Shown here: piece by piece, positions 51,351 to 64,000 of the stretch | Layout: the number at the start of each line of letters is the position of its first letter | Numbering within the stretch: the stretch's first letter is position 1 | NCBI GenBank assembly: GCA_030265395.1 | Contig: JARFYF010000119.1 | Span: 21,437,325-21,501,324 of the forward strand | Source: Rhina ancylostomus | Taxonomy: Eukaryota | Length of the DNA: 64,000 nt | Reading direction: 5' to 3' | Notes under the pieces: generated by a model | Told to the model about the DNA's origin: nothing | Database searches by the model: none | The model's input: only the letters and a program-made list of their open reading frames with translations | Position numbers and translations under genes: made by a program

Positions 51351-51409
51351 TGTTGTGTCATTGTTCCAATCTAGCATTAACTTGCACATCATAATGTTAA
51401 AACATATAG

Positions 51410-51702
51410 TATGTCATAGAGTCTACAGCATGGAAACAGGCCCTTCAGCCCAACTCATCCATGCCAACCAATATGCCTTCTTGAGCTAATCCAGTTTGCC
51501 TGCATTTGGCCCATAGCCCTCTAAACCTTTCCTATCCATCAGCATGTCCCAATGTCTTTTAAACATTGTAATTGTACCTACGTCTACCTACCACTTCCTC
51601 TGGAAGCTCATTCCATGAATCCACCACCTTCTGTGTGAAAAACTTGTCTCTCAGATCTCCTTGAAATCTTTCCCCTCTCACCTTAAACCTATACCTTCTA
51701 GT
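51410..51702 (-). mobile_element. CR1 3' end
   Basis: cagcatggaaacaggcccttcagcccaac is the reverse-complement CR1 tail; ctcattcca...accaccttctgtgtgaaaaacttg encodes KFFTQKVV..WNEL. Confidence 0.9.
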
Positions 51703-51758
51703 ATGACAAAATGTACTTCTGTTCCATGAAATTTTGACTTAGTTTGCACAGCTAGTCA

Positions 51759-52513
51759 TGTAATTAAGGTAAAACAAGACAGCCTAATGGAATGATCTCT
51801 TAGCGATAACCTTTCTTCACCAGAGGTCATGCAGAAATAGCAGTCTTGGCATTAACTCCACGACAATTAGGGGTCTGATTCAGAACAAGAACACGTTAAG
51901 CAGGACAACACCGAGGGAGGAAAGACGTAATTGATCTGTTGTCTGAAGATAGGCAGGCTAAGGGATAGCTGCAGCTGTAAAAGGAATAATGGCTCTGTTT
52001 CCAGGATAGAGGTGCCCAAGAGGATGGGAAAAAGACATAAATGGTGACTGTGGAAAATAGAGGAACAGCAAGGTTGTTCAAGATATTTAATCACTGGAAT
52101 ACAACAGGCCTGCTGAGTATTGATAACCCCAGGGAAATATGGTTAGTGATGACAGGCCAGTTGAGTAAGCACTGACTGAATCAGAAGAATGTTTCTGCTA
52201 TGGTCAGCTACTGACCAGAGGGAGAGGTCTTCCAGGCACATGCCAGTGAGAGATGGCTGAAGTTGCACAGACTGGTTTTAGACTGGTTGCAAGATAGTGA
52301 GCCTCTGTGCATTGGTAGAATTATTGCACCTCAACTCTTTCTCAAAATGCGTATAAAAGTGCCAGGCTGTGTACTGTCGGGGAGAGTGGGTGGACTGCAG
52401 TTAAAAGATGATTGGACCTCTCTCCATCCTGCAAGAGAAATTGATTTGAAAAAATATACACTTCTGTTTGACCTGAGAGTGGACTTGTGTGAGTGATTAT
52501 TTTATTCTACAAC
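51759..52513 (+). mobile_element. Possible solo LTR of about 750 bp
   Basis: TGTA start, TATA-like gtataaaag at 52351, A-rich signal at ~52450 and a U5-like end ttgtgtgagtgattattttattctacaaca. No TSD identified. Confidence 0.4.
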
Positions 52514-53689
52514 AATTTTGAAAGCTGTGCTTCCAGATTACACTTTAAGACTCAGATCTGTGGCTTACATCATGCTTATTTTCAGAACACTTGCCATGCA
52601 CTGCTGAGAGATACAATGTGTGATTGCAACACAGTGCAGTGTACTGGTGTGTGTTGCAGTTCAATAAATAGTTTACAAAGCAATAACAATATGGATCTCT
52701 GTTCATTCTTGCAATAATAACAGCAGGATAATTTTGCAAATGATTTAAGCTGTCAATGATTTAAGCCTGCGAATCAGCATTTCTTTGTGACTTTCAAAAC
52801 AAAATTGTAACAGCATACGAGATGATTGTAATAATGCAGATGTTAATAATGCAAATTTCCAAATAGCACTAATTTCTTACCGTAAATAATAAGTTTCTTA
52901 TTCAGAGCTCAAATATGAGGAATAGTTTTGCCCTTTATGCATATTTTGTTTCCTTCAACATCTATACTTCAATTACAACATAATCTCAAGCAATAGTTTA
53001 TAAAATGACTATATTTATGTCAACTATATAGAAAAGAAATTTTATTACATTTATTTTGTGCCCTTTGCAAATTTAGGACATCCAAAGCAGATTATGAAGT
53101 ACTTTTATAGAGAATCATTCCTTTAATGTAGGAGGCATTAAGGAGTGATTCTCTATAATAGTACTTCATAATCTGCCAAGATTATCTGCCACAATTTTAC
53201 CTCTTTGTCCTTAAGGTTATTTGTGGGTTTTCCTCCCCCAAACAGGATTACATTTCTAATTGACAAGTCTGGATCTATATTTTCTATTAAACTTCATCAG
53301 CCTTTCCATAGAGAGCTCAAGTTTCAATGGAATTATTAGAGACTATCTAAAAGCAATGATAAACCAGCACAGTGATAATGCACATGGGATCCAAGCTGTG
53401 GATCCAGCCACATGACTAACTAAATTTTACTTGACAAACTGTTTAGCCTCAGTTCATAACTGTCAAGTCAAAATATTGACCTGAAAGAAATTGATTAATC
53501 ATCTGTCTTGATTGCTTCTCTGGTTGACTTGAGTCTTGCAGTCACCTCCTCGCCTTCATGTCAGGTGCTTATATTTCCTGTTAATTTCTGCTGATTAAAG
53601 CATTTTAGTGCAGTGATGATGATAATCTAGGGGCTATTGGGAATAACTTGTTCTTGAGGGAACATAATATTTTGACCCACAATACTAAG

Positions 53690-53970
53690 GTGTAAAACTG
53701 ATTAAAATGAATTGGTTATCTCTGGATTGGCACCAGAAAAATGATCATTAAAGCTGTAAATGTGTCATTAAAAATTCAAATAACTCACCAACATCCTTTA
53801 AAAGGAGTGAAATTTAATATCCCTTCCAGGACTGGCTCATAAATTACATCAGTCAGTGATTGGCTTTTAATGGGCTCTGAAGTGACCTTGCAAGACAATG
53901 TGAAATAAGCAGGGTAACTAAGAATGGATAATAAATGAGTCTACAGTTGTGCCATCCATAATCAAAAAGA
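53690..53970 (+). mobile_element. Degraded SINE with L2-type tail
   Basis: Ends agggtaactaagaatggataataaatg, similar to the tail at 10325-10418. Confidence 0.5.
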
Positions 53971-55749
53971 AAATATTTGCCATAATTCTTGGGGCCTTTT
54001 GAAATGCTTTTCAGGACAGAGACCAGATGGTTACTGGGCCTGAAAATCTACAGTACCCACAGAAAACAAGAATACAGAATACTCCAAACTGCTGTCACTC
54101 TCCAACAGACAATCCAATTTCATGCAGTCACTAGTGCAAGGAATACTAGTCTTTTGAGGCATCCTAGAATGAAAGCATCCAGCTGATTAATTTGGAGGGT
54201 GAAAAGTTATGAAGACAATGAGTGTCATTCTCGTCTCATTTATAGGAGAAATGCACCACTACTGGCAGTAATTGCAAAAAGAAAAGCAGTGATCATGTGT
54301 TTTGGGCTTTCATTCCCTTTACCTTGACCTTTGTTTCCTGTGAATGGGCAATGATTAAGAAAATAAATCTGTGTTGTTACGAATATATGAACATTTAATT
54401 CATTTGCAAGACACTATTTCCTACGGTGTCCAACTGCAAAAATTACTTCTAAAAAAAGTTCATCCTTATGTTTAAATGGCTGACAAAACGTTCTTATGTG
54501 CTGAATAAACTTTCATAGATCAACACTGCAAACAGTAATTTTTATTTTTTTGTATTAGCATTTTTTCATTTTGCCAAAAACAAAAAAATAGTAAGTCTGG
54601 ATGCACACAAACAAGGAAGTTGATCAAAAGTTCCTAAAACACCTTTGTCATTATTTTCTGACCTTGCACTTCCAAAAATGTCACATGTTGGGTCCTTGTA
54701 TTAGAAGTTTGGGCACAAGCAGTGCTAGAGTTCCAACTGAATTAATAATCATAAAATGTCATCCAGCACAATAGCAGGAACCCATGTATGAGGCTTTCTG
54801 CTGAAAATATGAAACTAGTTCATCTTTGCCCTGAGCATTGGCAAAGTTCCCGTTTTGCTTTACCAAGCTACAATTTACATTTTACAAAGGGATTTGACTG
54901 CGATTGTCTATTCTCTTGTTGTTTTTGTTTCCCCCAAATGACAAGGAAAACAGTTGTTTTCATTTAATTATTTTAACCAGACCTAGTTCCTATAACTGTA
55001 CTGATAGAAATCTTTATTAATTGTATTCATTGCTTTCTAAATATAGACCACAATAAAAGAATGCAATTTTAAATTCAATTTTGCTATATTTTAACTCTAG
55101 TGACTCACGTTTCGAAAATCACACCAAGTATTACTGCAGTTACCATGACAATTGCAGGCACTGTTATGTGTAGAAGAAGCGAAGCATACAAAATCTCTTT
55201 AATCCTCACTAAGTGCTAACTTGGAAGTATTTATTCTGAATTTAAGGACATTAACAAGCAGAACTACAAATCCCTAAAGGGGTAAAATTGCTTTACGGCT
55301 TGCACCTGTTACAGATGTGATACTTGACTCATGCAAAAGGGTTGTAACATTATGTCCCTAAACTCCAAAACAAATTGACCACAAGAGAGGTCTAATCCCA
55401 GCAGCAGAGTGCTGTCATAATTACTCCTAAATGGTTTAATTATTCTGTCAGTTTGTAATAATAGCAAGGTCACAAACATTTGTGCTGTTGCCTCAAGTTG
55501 CTTCCATTGCAGCACACATTAATTTGTTAACTGTGCATGTCACCAAAAGGGTTGTTAGCAATTTTATATGCATCTACAGTTGCGATGCAGGACCAAGCAA
55601 TACATGTAGCAGAAGGCCTGGAGAAGCAAACAGAGAGTGAATTTAGGATTAATTGGGAGAGAAAAACTACCTCTCTCCCCATCCCACACACCATTTCTCC
55701 AACAGCCCCATTCTGTAAAAATTCCTCTCAAAAGCTCTCTGAACCAGCT

Positions 55750-55855
55750 TTTGCCATCTGTTATCTCTCTTTACGTGGTTTATTTCAAGTTTTGCCTGAT
55801 AATACTCTTGAAGCACCTTGGGATGCTTTACTCCATTAACAGTGGAAATTAATTT
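55750..55855 (+). mobile_element. L2-type 3' tail
   Basis: ctcttgaagcaccttgggatgctttactccattaa resembles the L2 terminal stem-loop segment. Confidence 0.5.
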
Positions 55856-57714
55856 GGGTAAAATTCTGGAATCATTGAGGAAACATTTTAGATGAAATAA
55901 GGGAATAGTTACCTTAGGGGTTAAATAAAATAAAATATCCTCCCTAATGCATATCTGCTGATGTTTAAAGCAAGCTGATGTAATTTCTGAGGACCTTCAT
56001 TTACTCACAGTGCACAATCCATTTGTGTAACAGCTATTTATTAAGTCACTCTGTACCACTAATGGGCAAATTCCACTTGACTACTTAGATCAATATTAAA
56101 AGGCATGCATCCAATTTGTCAGATAAACCAAAATTGCGTTGAAGTTTTTAAAAGAGATTCCCCCTTTAATATATTCCCAAAAATGAAAACATAAATCATT
56201 TTAGGCTAAATTATTCCACAAGTTACTTTTAAAAAGTTGCTTCCATTTTCCCCCCCACAAAAAATCCTTCAAGCTAGTACAAGAAAGCTAGCGATTAACT
56301 GACTGTAGACGACAGGCCAGTGATCCTTTCACATTGCCCGGTGGTTTTGTGTGCTATGTGACTGAATTTTATCTAAAAACTTTTGCACGTGAGAAGCATT
56401 CTTCAGCAAGTTTAATCTAGAGCTTTCTCTGTACTCACTTCAAGAGAGACACTACTGACTTTGTACAGTGACTTCAGTGTGCAAATTATGTTAAGACTTC
56501 ACTTGTATAATTTCTTTCTGCCTGGAGTCAGGACCCCAAAATAGCATAGATCATTCACATCACAGCAGGCCATGACTGAAGAGTTGTACTATACTCACTG
56601 CACATCACAAAGAGACTCCCAATTATACTGAGACAACTGCTGACCTATAGATATGACCCTGGACCAAATTTGTGCCCAAACTCCCACTCTGGATCCCTTC
56701 CCCTTTTCCTTAGGGTCCTACCTGACCTTGTGATCACTTGAACATGTTGACCATCACTCACTACCCCACACCCCCATCAATGCTTGGCCATTGATGCCTG
56801 CTTGTTGAGAGAAATGGTTCTTTGAGGTGTCAAAGGTAGAGGACTCTGGACACAGTCCTTGGAGTTTTAAAAATGACCTAATCTCAAAGACAAACACGGG
56901 AACAGAATGAATGAGAACGGATGCACACTGGTGATTGCAAAATGTGGGGGTAATCACAATAGGGGTGAGATGCACACACACACAAACTGGGTACAAACAA
57001 ATCAAGGAAGAAACAATACAACATCTGCCACCCTCCTTGACTCAGTGCAAGCATCAGCTCTTAGGTCCCAGGGATTGTTAACTAATTACCCTTGCAGTGC
57101 ACAGCTTACCTCAACATCCCTCGGAGAAGACAAGGAGGCAGAACCAAGCATGTGGCACTTTTTATACTGCTGGAGGGCTGGGTGGTCCAGCCCAAGTCAT
57201 TCAAAAGGGCCAATGGCTTGGTGCCAGAAGAACAAGGGTGATTAAACGGGCCAATTGTTCAGGTGTGCACTTTATGGGTGGGGTAGAGCCAAACCTTGAT
57301 TGACAGTAGTGTGTCTTCCAACCTGAAGAGCAATGCTGTCATCCGACCAGAGGGGTCAGTGTTGTCACTGTCCCATGACAACCATGACCTTTCACAATAC
57401 ACTGCTTCCATTAATACTGCCTTTTATTGTACAGAATATCTCAAACCTCACAGATGACAAAATTACACAGTTGGTTTGGGGCTCTCTGACCTCCTCTAGT
57501 ATTGCTTTATCACACTTTTCCCAATGCATTTTCTCGTCCAATATGCTTACACTTGGCAGATTTAAATGTCACTGACTGGGATCACTTCCTGAACCTCCTG
57601 TGAGTCAGCAGAACTTTGCCATCTGCAGCAAGCAGCTGTAGGGTAACTACAACATGTGAATGGCAATGCTCTAAATTATTATTCTTCAGGTTTGTGTCAA
57701 GGTTATTTATTTAT

Positions 57715-58040
57715 TCATTCATTCACAGGATGTGGAGATTGTTGGCAAGTTTAGTATTTGTTGCCTATTAATAATTGTTGCCCATCATAATTGTTCTTGA
57801 ACTAAACAGCTTGTTAGCCTATTTCATACAGCAATATAGAGCCAACTGCATTGCTGAGAATCAGAAGACAGAAATATGCCTGAGCAAAAAGGACTTCTGT
57901 GAATTGAATGGGGATTCATGCTAATTTAATAGCTTCATGATCAACATTATTAATTCTAGCCATTTTTTCCCTCCAGATTTGTCTAGCTAACTTAATTATA
58001 ATTCCTCAGCTGCTATGGCAGGATGTGAACCATGATCTAT
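57715..58040 (-). mobile_element. Degraded SINE with L2-type tail
   Basis: ttcattcacaggatgtggagattgttggcaag...atttgttgcc is the reverse complement of the tail at 10350-10410. Confidence 0.55.
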
Positions 58041-58799
58041 GAGAAAAACAGGTGGTTTTTCTCATAGATCAAGTAAATGCCTGGTGCATTCGTTAGCATG
58101 CACATCCATTGCCATTCCCATTGAATAACATCAGACATCTGCACAATGTCACCACACTCACATTTTCCAAAATGCAAGAGGCTGAGACATGTCCAGCTTG
58201 AAAGCCATCCCAGATGTCAGTAAGTAATAGCAAGTTGCAACTGCAATTTAAGTATAGGTGAGAATAAACTACAGCTGGAGTTATGAAGTTGTGCAAAGGC
58301 CTGACAGGATTTAAAGCATTAATATTGTACTGTCAGGCAAACTTGTTTTCCCAGGTTGCTTAAAGTATGTCATCTTTTGTGAAACATTCCAGATGCACAG
58401 GCATTGTGCACAGCATGCATCCCACCATTCCACCTCCTACCAGATGATAAGTTGCAGTCTTGTCAAAAGAGTTGTCAGCAGGTCTTCTACTTGTATCCCT
58501 ATGTTTCTCTTCTTATAACAGAGCTTTTCTAGTTAGCCCACCCAAGAATATGACTGAAGGAGAGTCATAATACAGTCAAGCTGCAATCCAAATGAAGCCT
58601 GTTCTCAGGACATAGAGAAGCCTGATATCAGGGAAAGCTCAGATCTCAGATGCTCACAGTACAACATTTAGTACATCAACTGTGGCAGTGGATAAGTTCA
58701 GAAGCCTTCAGATTGTTTATCTGAATATACATTCCTAAAGTTCTTCAATTCTACTTGCACACTCTCAGATAATAAAGCAGTCCTTAGCTACTTGTAGCA

Positions 58800-59100
58800 T
58801 CCAGACCATTCAGGTATTAGCTCATAAGTTGCAAGTGACAAGCCATGGAAGAGCAAATATAACCATCTCCCAATGACATTCAATGCCATTACAATTGCCA
58901 GATCTCCCATCATCTATATCCTGATGACCACACTGATCAAAATTTTAAACTGAACATGGAAGTTTGCAGGTCAAAGAACAGATCAGAGGTACACCTGGCA
59001 CACCTCCTGACTCCTTTCTATGAAATACAAAGCACATATGGGAGAGTGATGAAGTGTAACGTTATAAAAGGCAAAATGACCTTATTCTACGGCACAGCTG
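58800..59100 (+). mobile_element. L2/Crack-group LINE fragment
   Basis: NHLPMTFNAITIARSP, DQNF and AHLLTP..YKAH..VMK remnants; same family as 62630-63900. Confidence 0.6.
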
Positions 59101-59419
59101 NNNNNNNNNNNNNNNNNNNNNNNNNNNNNNNNNNNNNNNCATTCACTATCAAGGCCATTTATAACATCAAGGAGATCAGTGTGGGAGGATGGGGCGATGG
59201 CTGGTATCTGTGTTATCATGACTCTTGCTTCCAATGAAGATAGAAGCTGTGGGGGTATGAGAGGGTTTTGAAGCTCATTTCCATGTATTCCAGAGATTTA
59301 TCTTCAGATCTTAACAGGTTTTTAATCAACCCACTTGTCAGGAACTGTAAGAAATGGAAAAACAATAGGGAACTAAAACAATATTATCATTACCTCCTTT
59401 TTTATGCATAACTAGAACA

Positions 59420-59900
59420 ACCTAAAGTTGATGAGGTAGATGTTGTATACAAGGCACTTTTAAAAAGCTAACATACAGAAAGTTGAAATACCTAATACTA
59501 ATGGTAGTAACTTTGTAACAAAATTAGTGACGAGCCAGGAGACGAGGAGTCGTGGTGAACAGTAATCCTTTCGATTGGTCAGAAATTTAGCTGGGGTTCC
59601 TCCATCCCTTAATAGTCACTGTTATACATGTTGCATGTCTACAATCTGGCACTGGGTATAATGCTTTCAGTTTTGGTTCCCCAAAATACAAGTATTGACA
59701 AGAGAGTAACAGTGGAAGTTACAGCAACAGATTTTTGGTGGTGGGAGCTATAGCAAAAAGGGTAGTGAAATGAGCAAACACACACCTGATAAAAATTTAA
59801 TGTAGATTATGTAATGTAGATAATGTGAATTGTTGCTCTTGGACAAGCATTATAAATGTACTATTTTTAAGATATTGGATGACAAAAGGTCCTGGGCACA
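59420..59900 (+). mobile_element. Ancient CR1 RT remnant
   Basis: VDVVY (59437-59451), RRRGVVVNS...DW and AGVP remnants. Confidence 0.55.
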
Positions 59901-60527
59901 TTTTCACAAATATTTGTTTAAAAAAGGGATATTCAGCTTTCTAAATGTCGGGGGTGGGTGTAAAGTGTTGCTTGTGACACTCTGCAAGTAAGAAACTTCC
60001 ATCTATTTGAAGACTCCAAGTTCCAAACAGGTTTTATCCTCTAATTCTATTACATCTTTGTTAGCAAAACACATCTCAAAAAATATTTTCATGACATGGG
60101 CAATAAATGGCAAAACAGTGTTTATGACTGATCCCTTGGTGTCGTGGAGAACTGACGGATTGATAATATCATAACCATGTTCAGTGGGGAAATTTGATGT
60201 TGTGAATGAAAGGAAGCAACATTGAAATATGTTTACGTCAAGATAGGCAGCAACTTTGAGAAAATTCATGTGGAAGGGTGGCGTGGTGGGCATATTCAAT
60301 ATATTATAACTCTTGCTCTCAGTGGTTGTAGAAGTTGCAAAGATAGCAAGGTTGTTGATGCAAGCTTGATGGGTTATAGTAGTGTTCGTCACACAGTCAC
60401 AGGATAGACACACGGACTCCACAAGGACACGATGTTCTATACAGGATACATTAACTTTTTGTGGTCACCTCAATCCTTCACAGTACTTCTGTTATTTCTG
60501 AATTTCTCTCACCTCACACAAAAAAAA

Positions 60528-60662
60528 AATCCTGGAAAATCTCACCAGGTCAAGCAATACTGTTCGGATGAAAGATCATGACCTGAAACATTTTTTGTTT
60601 CTCCCTTCACACACGTTGCCTAACCCATCAAGTGTATCAGCATTTCCTGGTTTTATTTTAAA
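60528..60662. mobile_element. Short Penelope-derived inverted terminal-repeat pair
   Basis: cctggaaaatctcaccaggtcaagca (minus orientation), then gttcggatgaaagatcatgacctgaaacatt...gttgcctaaccc...cagcatttcctggttttattt (plus orientation). Confidence 0.55.
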
Positions 60663-62629
60663 GTTCTACACCAGCAATTTTTTTTTACTTTTTCCTGTCT
60701 CTCACTACATCTGGTTATTATACTAATTGTGAATATATTTGTTATTTTTAGACAAATGTTAATAATTTGTTAAATTACACTGTATACTAAATTACATCAA
60801 AGTATAATTTAATGCAGACTAACTTGAAATTAAATGTGGGATGCCACTGGATTTTTCATGCAAAGATCTTTATTAAAAAATGGCAAATATTAATTATGAC
60901 ATATTATCCTAATCACTGCAAGTGTCAAAAGGTACAGGATCTCTTTTCTTGGGGACTTTGTCCACTGAAAATGGTCATTTCTCTTTATCACCAGTGTTCA
61001 TAGCAGGAAGGCCAAACTGCAACAATAAATAGTTCTATTTGGTATACAGTACAACACTATCTTTATTTTTTTCACTTCAGTATTTTCCTATGATAACACC
61101 CTTTTTTCCAGTTTCTCCCACACCCCATCTTGTCACCTCTGAAGTCTAGCCAGCAATGATTTTTCAGGCCTCGACTTTTTCTTCTATGTACATTTTCCTG
61201 CCAGGCTTAGCATTAGTTGTACAGGATGCCTTCTTGATGCAGCTGCAATCAATAATTTTAAGGTATCATTACTGCTTTTCCCAAGGTGCTAAGAATTAAT
61301 GAGAATCCAAACCAGATTGGTCTCTCGAATTTACAAAGTTAATTGACCTCAGCTAAGGAAAGCTGTGGGACAGAACATGTGTGTCAGTATATTAAGCCAG
61401 AGAAATAAAGCTACACAGATTTGCACAAGAAAAATAACCATTTGGCACATTGATTCTTGTACCCCAACTCACTTTCAAGAGAAAGGGGAAGAAAAGGAGA
61501 TGGAAACAATGTGAATTGGTAAACTTGAAATCTGATCAGCATGATAAGGCCAATGGAAAGTGTGTGTATATGTATGTGGGTATGCAATGCATGCACAATA
61601 TCAATGGCAAGTGGAAAAGTTTAACAGATCAAAAGAGAGTAAATATACATTTTAGTTAAGCATTTCAGAGTTGTTTCTTTTCACCATGGCATTTTATTCA
61701 GGAAAGATAAAATGGACCAGAAGTATTATGTTTAAAACCTATTTCATCAACTCATTTATATTATAAATAAATTTTTAAAATTGGCCATTTCTGTGTGTGC
61801 TAGTCACTTTCTGATACTTCCACCAAATGGCTGGTCTTCATACGTCAGCCTTAGTTGTAAGCAAGTGGAAATTTGTTATTTAACTGTATGGACATCCAAG
61901 TTAAATCCAATACTACTCTCATCTTAAATGGGAATTACTGGATACAAGAGAATGCAAGACCAAGCTGACTTTCCACTCACCAATGGAAGTGACAAATTGC
62001 AGCCATCATTCTGTGCCCTTGCAAAGATGGTAGACAAAAAAAAATACTCAAACCTGAAGCCTTGGTTTTCCGTACTTGCCATTCAACAGTAAAGATCTCA
62101 GGAGCTCATTTAACCGCAAGAATGTCATGGAATTCTAGCTCTTTCCAAAATCAATATAAAAGTAAACAAATTATATTTTGTATAAAACCAGACACAGGAG
62201 GCTTCAGATGTGAATGCATATACTTTATTAGTATTTAAGCTAATTAGCTACTTCAAAAAAAAAATCACCAAATGAGGGAATGGCTTATGAGCAGCTATGG
62301 CTTGCTGAACCAGAGTGATAAATATAAAACAGTGCAAATGATTGAAATGCCAGAGATTTTCTCATTGCAGCAGGCATATTTCTGGAGTTAGTGGTGCAAC
62401 CACTACGTTAATGCATTTCACTAAATCCAGACACAATCATTATCTCATACACATAATGAGTATTATGCATTAATAGTTAAGAACCAAAATGATTCTCAGT
62501 AGTTAGATGTGAAAATATTAGATAGAAAATACAAGATTAATGTGCATCCATACATATTTAAATTCCACTTGTTAAGAAAGTAACATTGCTTCAGAAAACA
62601 AATAAGCAGATTGTACACCACCTATACTA

Positions 62630-63900
62630 CTCATTCATGGGGATATAAGCATTACTAGCAAGATTAGCATTTACATTACATTGTGAAGGTAATGGCACAC
62701 CACGTTATTCAACTCCTACAGTCTCCCTGGTGATAGTACTCTGAAAGTGTTGTTGAACATGATATTCCAGGATTAAAGACCCAGTGATGAGAAAGAAATA
62801 GCAAATCATTTCCAAATCAAGATATTGTGTTACTTGTGCCACCTAGAGGTGGCATTTCTACATATCTACTGTCCTTGTCCATCTAAGTGGTAGAGGTTTG
62901 TTGATGAAATTTGGTGAGTTGCTAAGTACAGCTTATATATCGTTTATTCTACAACAACAATAGTTAATGCACACATGATAGAAGGAAGGCTGGTGAGTGG
63001 AATGCCAATCAAACAGAATGCTTTAACCTGGATGACATTGATCTTTTTGAATGTTTTTGACGCTGCACTTTTCCAAAGAAATAGACACTATTCCATCACA
63101 CTCGAAAACATTTTGTGGAAAGATTTAGGGGAAAACAGTGGGGGCAGTATTTGAGTTCTTTGTTCAACCATATGAAGAGTTGAGTAAACTTACCAAGACT
63201 AGAGAACTCCAACAAACATGCCTATTTTTCCAAACACCTCTTCCAGACTGACACCAGAAAGAATATTGTAATCAGAGAGCAGTCAACTACTTAAACTGTA
63301 CTTAAAGTGGTAGCAGCCTTGGAACAACAACCACTCTTTTAAAACAGTACTATCTAATAACAATGGGAGACAAATGTCTTGAAAAATATCCAGTCTCTGA
63401 CTGGGTCTTGTAGCTGCAGTATTTATGTAGCAGTCCAATTTAAGTTTCTGATTGGATTTCCAAAAACTTGATGGTGGTGTATTCAGTAATGTTATGCCAC
63501 TCAAACCCAAAAGAGAGATGTTGGGGATTTCATTGCCTGGCACTTGTACTATGTAAATGTTACTCAACTCAAAACTAGATGTTCTTCAGATTTTGCTGTA
63601 TGCAGAAAAAAGTGCTGCTTCATTATTGGCGGAATTGTGAAAAGAACCAAAATCAATTATCAACAAATATCCCCACCTCTGACTGTATGATAGAGAAAAG
63701 ATCTTGATAAAATACTGAAAATATAGTTCCAGGACACTCCAAACAACTCAAATGGCGATGTGCCAAGGTTGAGATGATTTGATTCAAACAACAATCACCA
63801 CCTTCCTTCATACTGAAATATTATTTCAGGCAGTGTAGAAACCATCGACCTCTGACCCATTGGCGCCATGTGATGCCACTCACTTAAATGCTACCCTACA
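62630..63900 (-). mobile_element. L2/Crack-group LINE 3' part, degraded
   Basis: ORF-track peptide NQKLKLDCYINTAATRPSQRLDIFQ, IQVKAF..IG at ~63005-63035, and an L2-type tail at ~62630-62680. Confidence 0.7.
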
Positions 63901-64000
63901 TATACTGCACTAGCAGTCTTAAAGCACAAAACAACAATTACCCTTTTACAGCCAGTACCACAAGCGAGGCATTTGTACTTCACCTTGAGAATTCAGCACC

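Larger units (their letters stand above)
47196..51400 (-). mobile_element. Decayed Gypsy/Ty3 LTR retrotransposon (K02A2.6-like) with gag-PR-RT-RH-IN order
   Basis: Minus strand shows a PBS at 51333-51350, gag remnants (FRNTARKCEF, eroded zinc knuckle CCKLNCWEK), RNase H ELLSVIYGCEKFH..LWGRNF (~48875-48935), integrase TKCKLRA and GFTIVT*SLYYLRGLGFIERHVQTVK (~47910-47985), and C-terminal SAAELLSGRRNKTILP...VHVQDPVLKTWNPAKV. Outer boundaries are approximate. Confidence 0.88.

Noticed and set aside
1-64000. CRISPR arrays, operons or prokaryotic defence systems
   Set aside because: No regularly spaced repeat-spacer arrays and no gene-dense coding. The sequence is vertebrate-type non-coding DNA.

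Overview
AT-rich, repeat-dense eukaryotic DNA from a gapped draft scaffold with many N runs. The repeat content points to a vertebrate, most likely a cartilaginous fish (shark or ray); this is inferred, not proven. It includes V-domain tRNA-derived SINEs, CR1, L2/Crack and Rex1/Babar LINEs, and Penelope-like elements (PLEs) with GIY-YIG. I recognise no intact host protein-coding gene, rRNA, tRNA gene or CRISPR array, so the window reads as a large intron or gene desert. The ORFs I could assign are decayed transposon fragments, and several others are artefacts of N runs. Best-supported items: a decayed minus-strand Gypsy (K02A2.6-like) LTR retrotransposon at ~47.2-51.4 kb with gag/PR/RT/RH/IN remnants, an initiator-Met-type PBS and nested insertions; a 253-bp solo LTR with a perfect AGGT TSD; a Rex1 nested inside an L2-group LINE; a Penelope RT/GIY-YIG fragment; and about nine dispersed PLE terminal repeats carrying decayed minimal hammerhead-ribozyme motifs, two of them arranged as a long inverted pair. 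A TE-poor block at ~18.9-26.6 kb holds enhancer-like motif clusters, a pre-miRNA-sized hairpin and a possible 75-nt exon. I found no convincing novel biological system; the findings are leads, scored accordingly.
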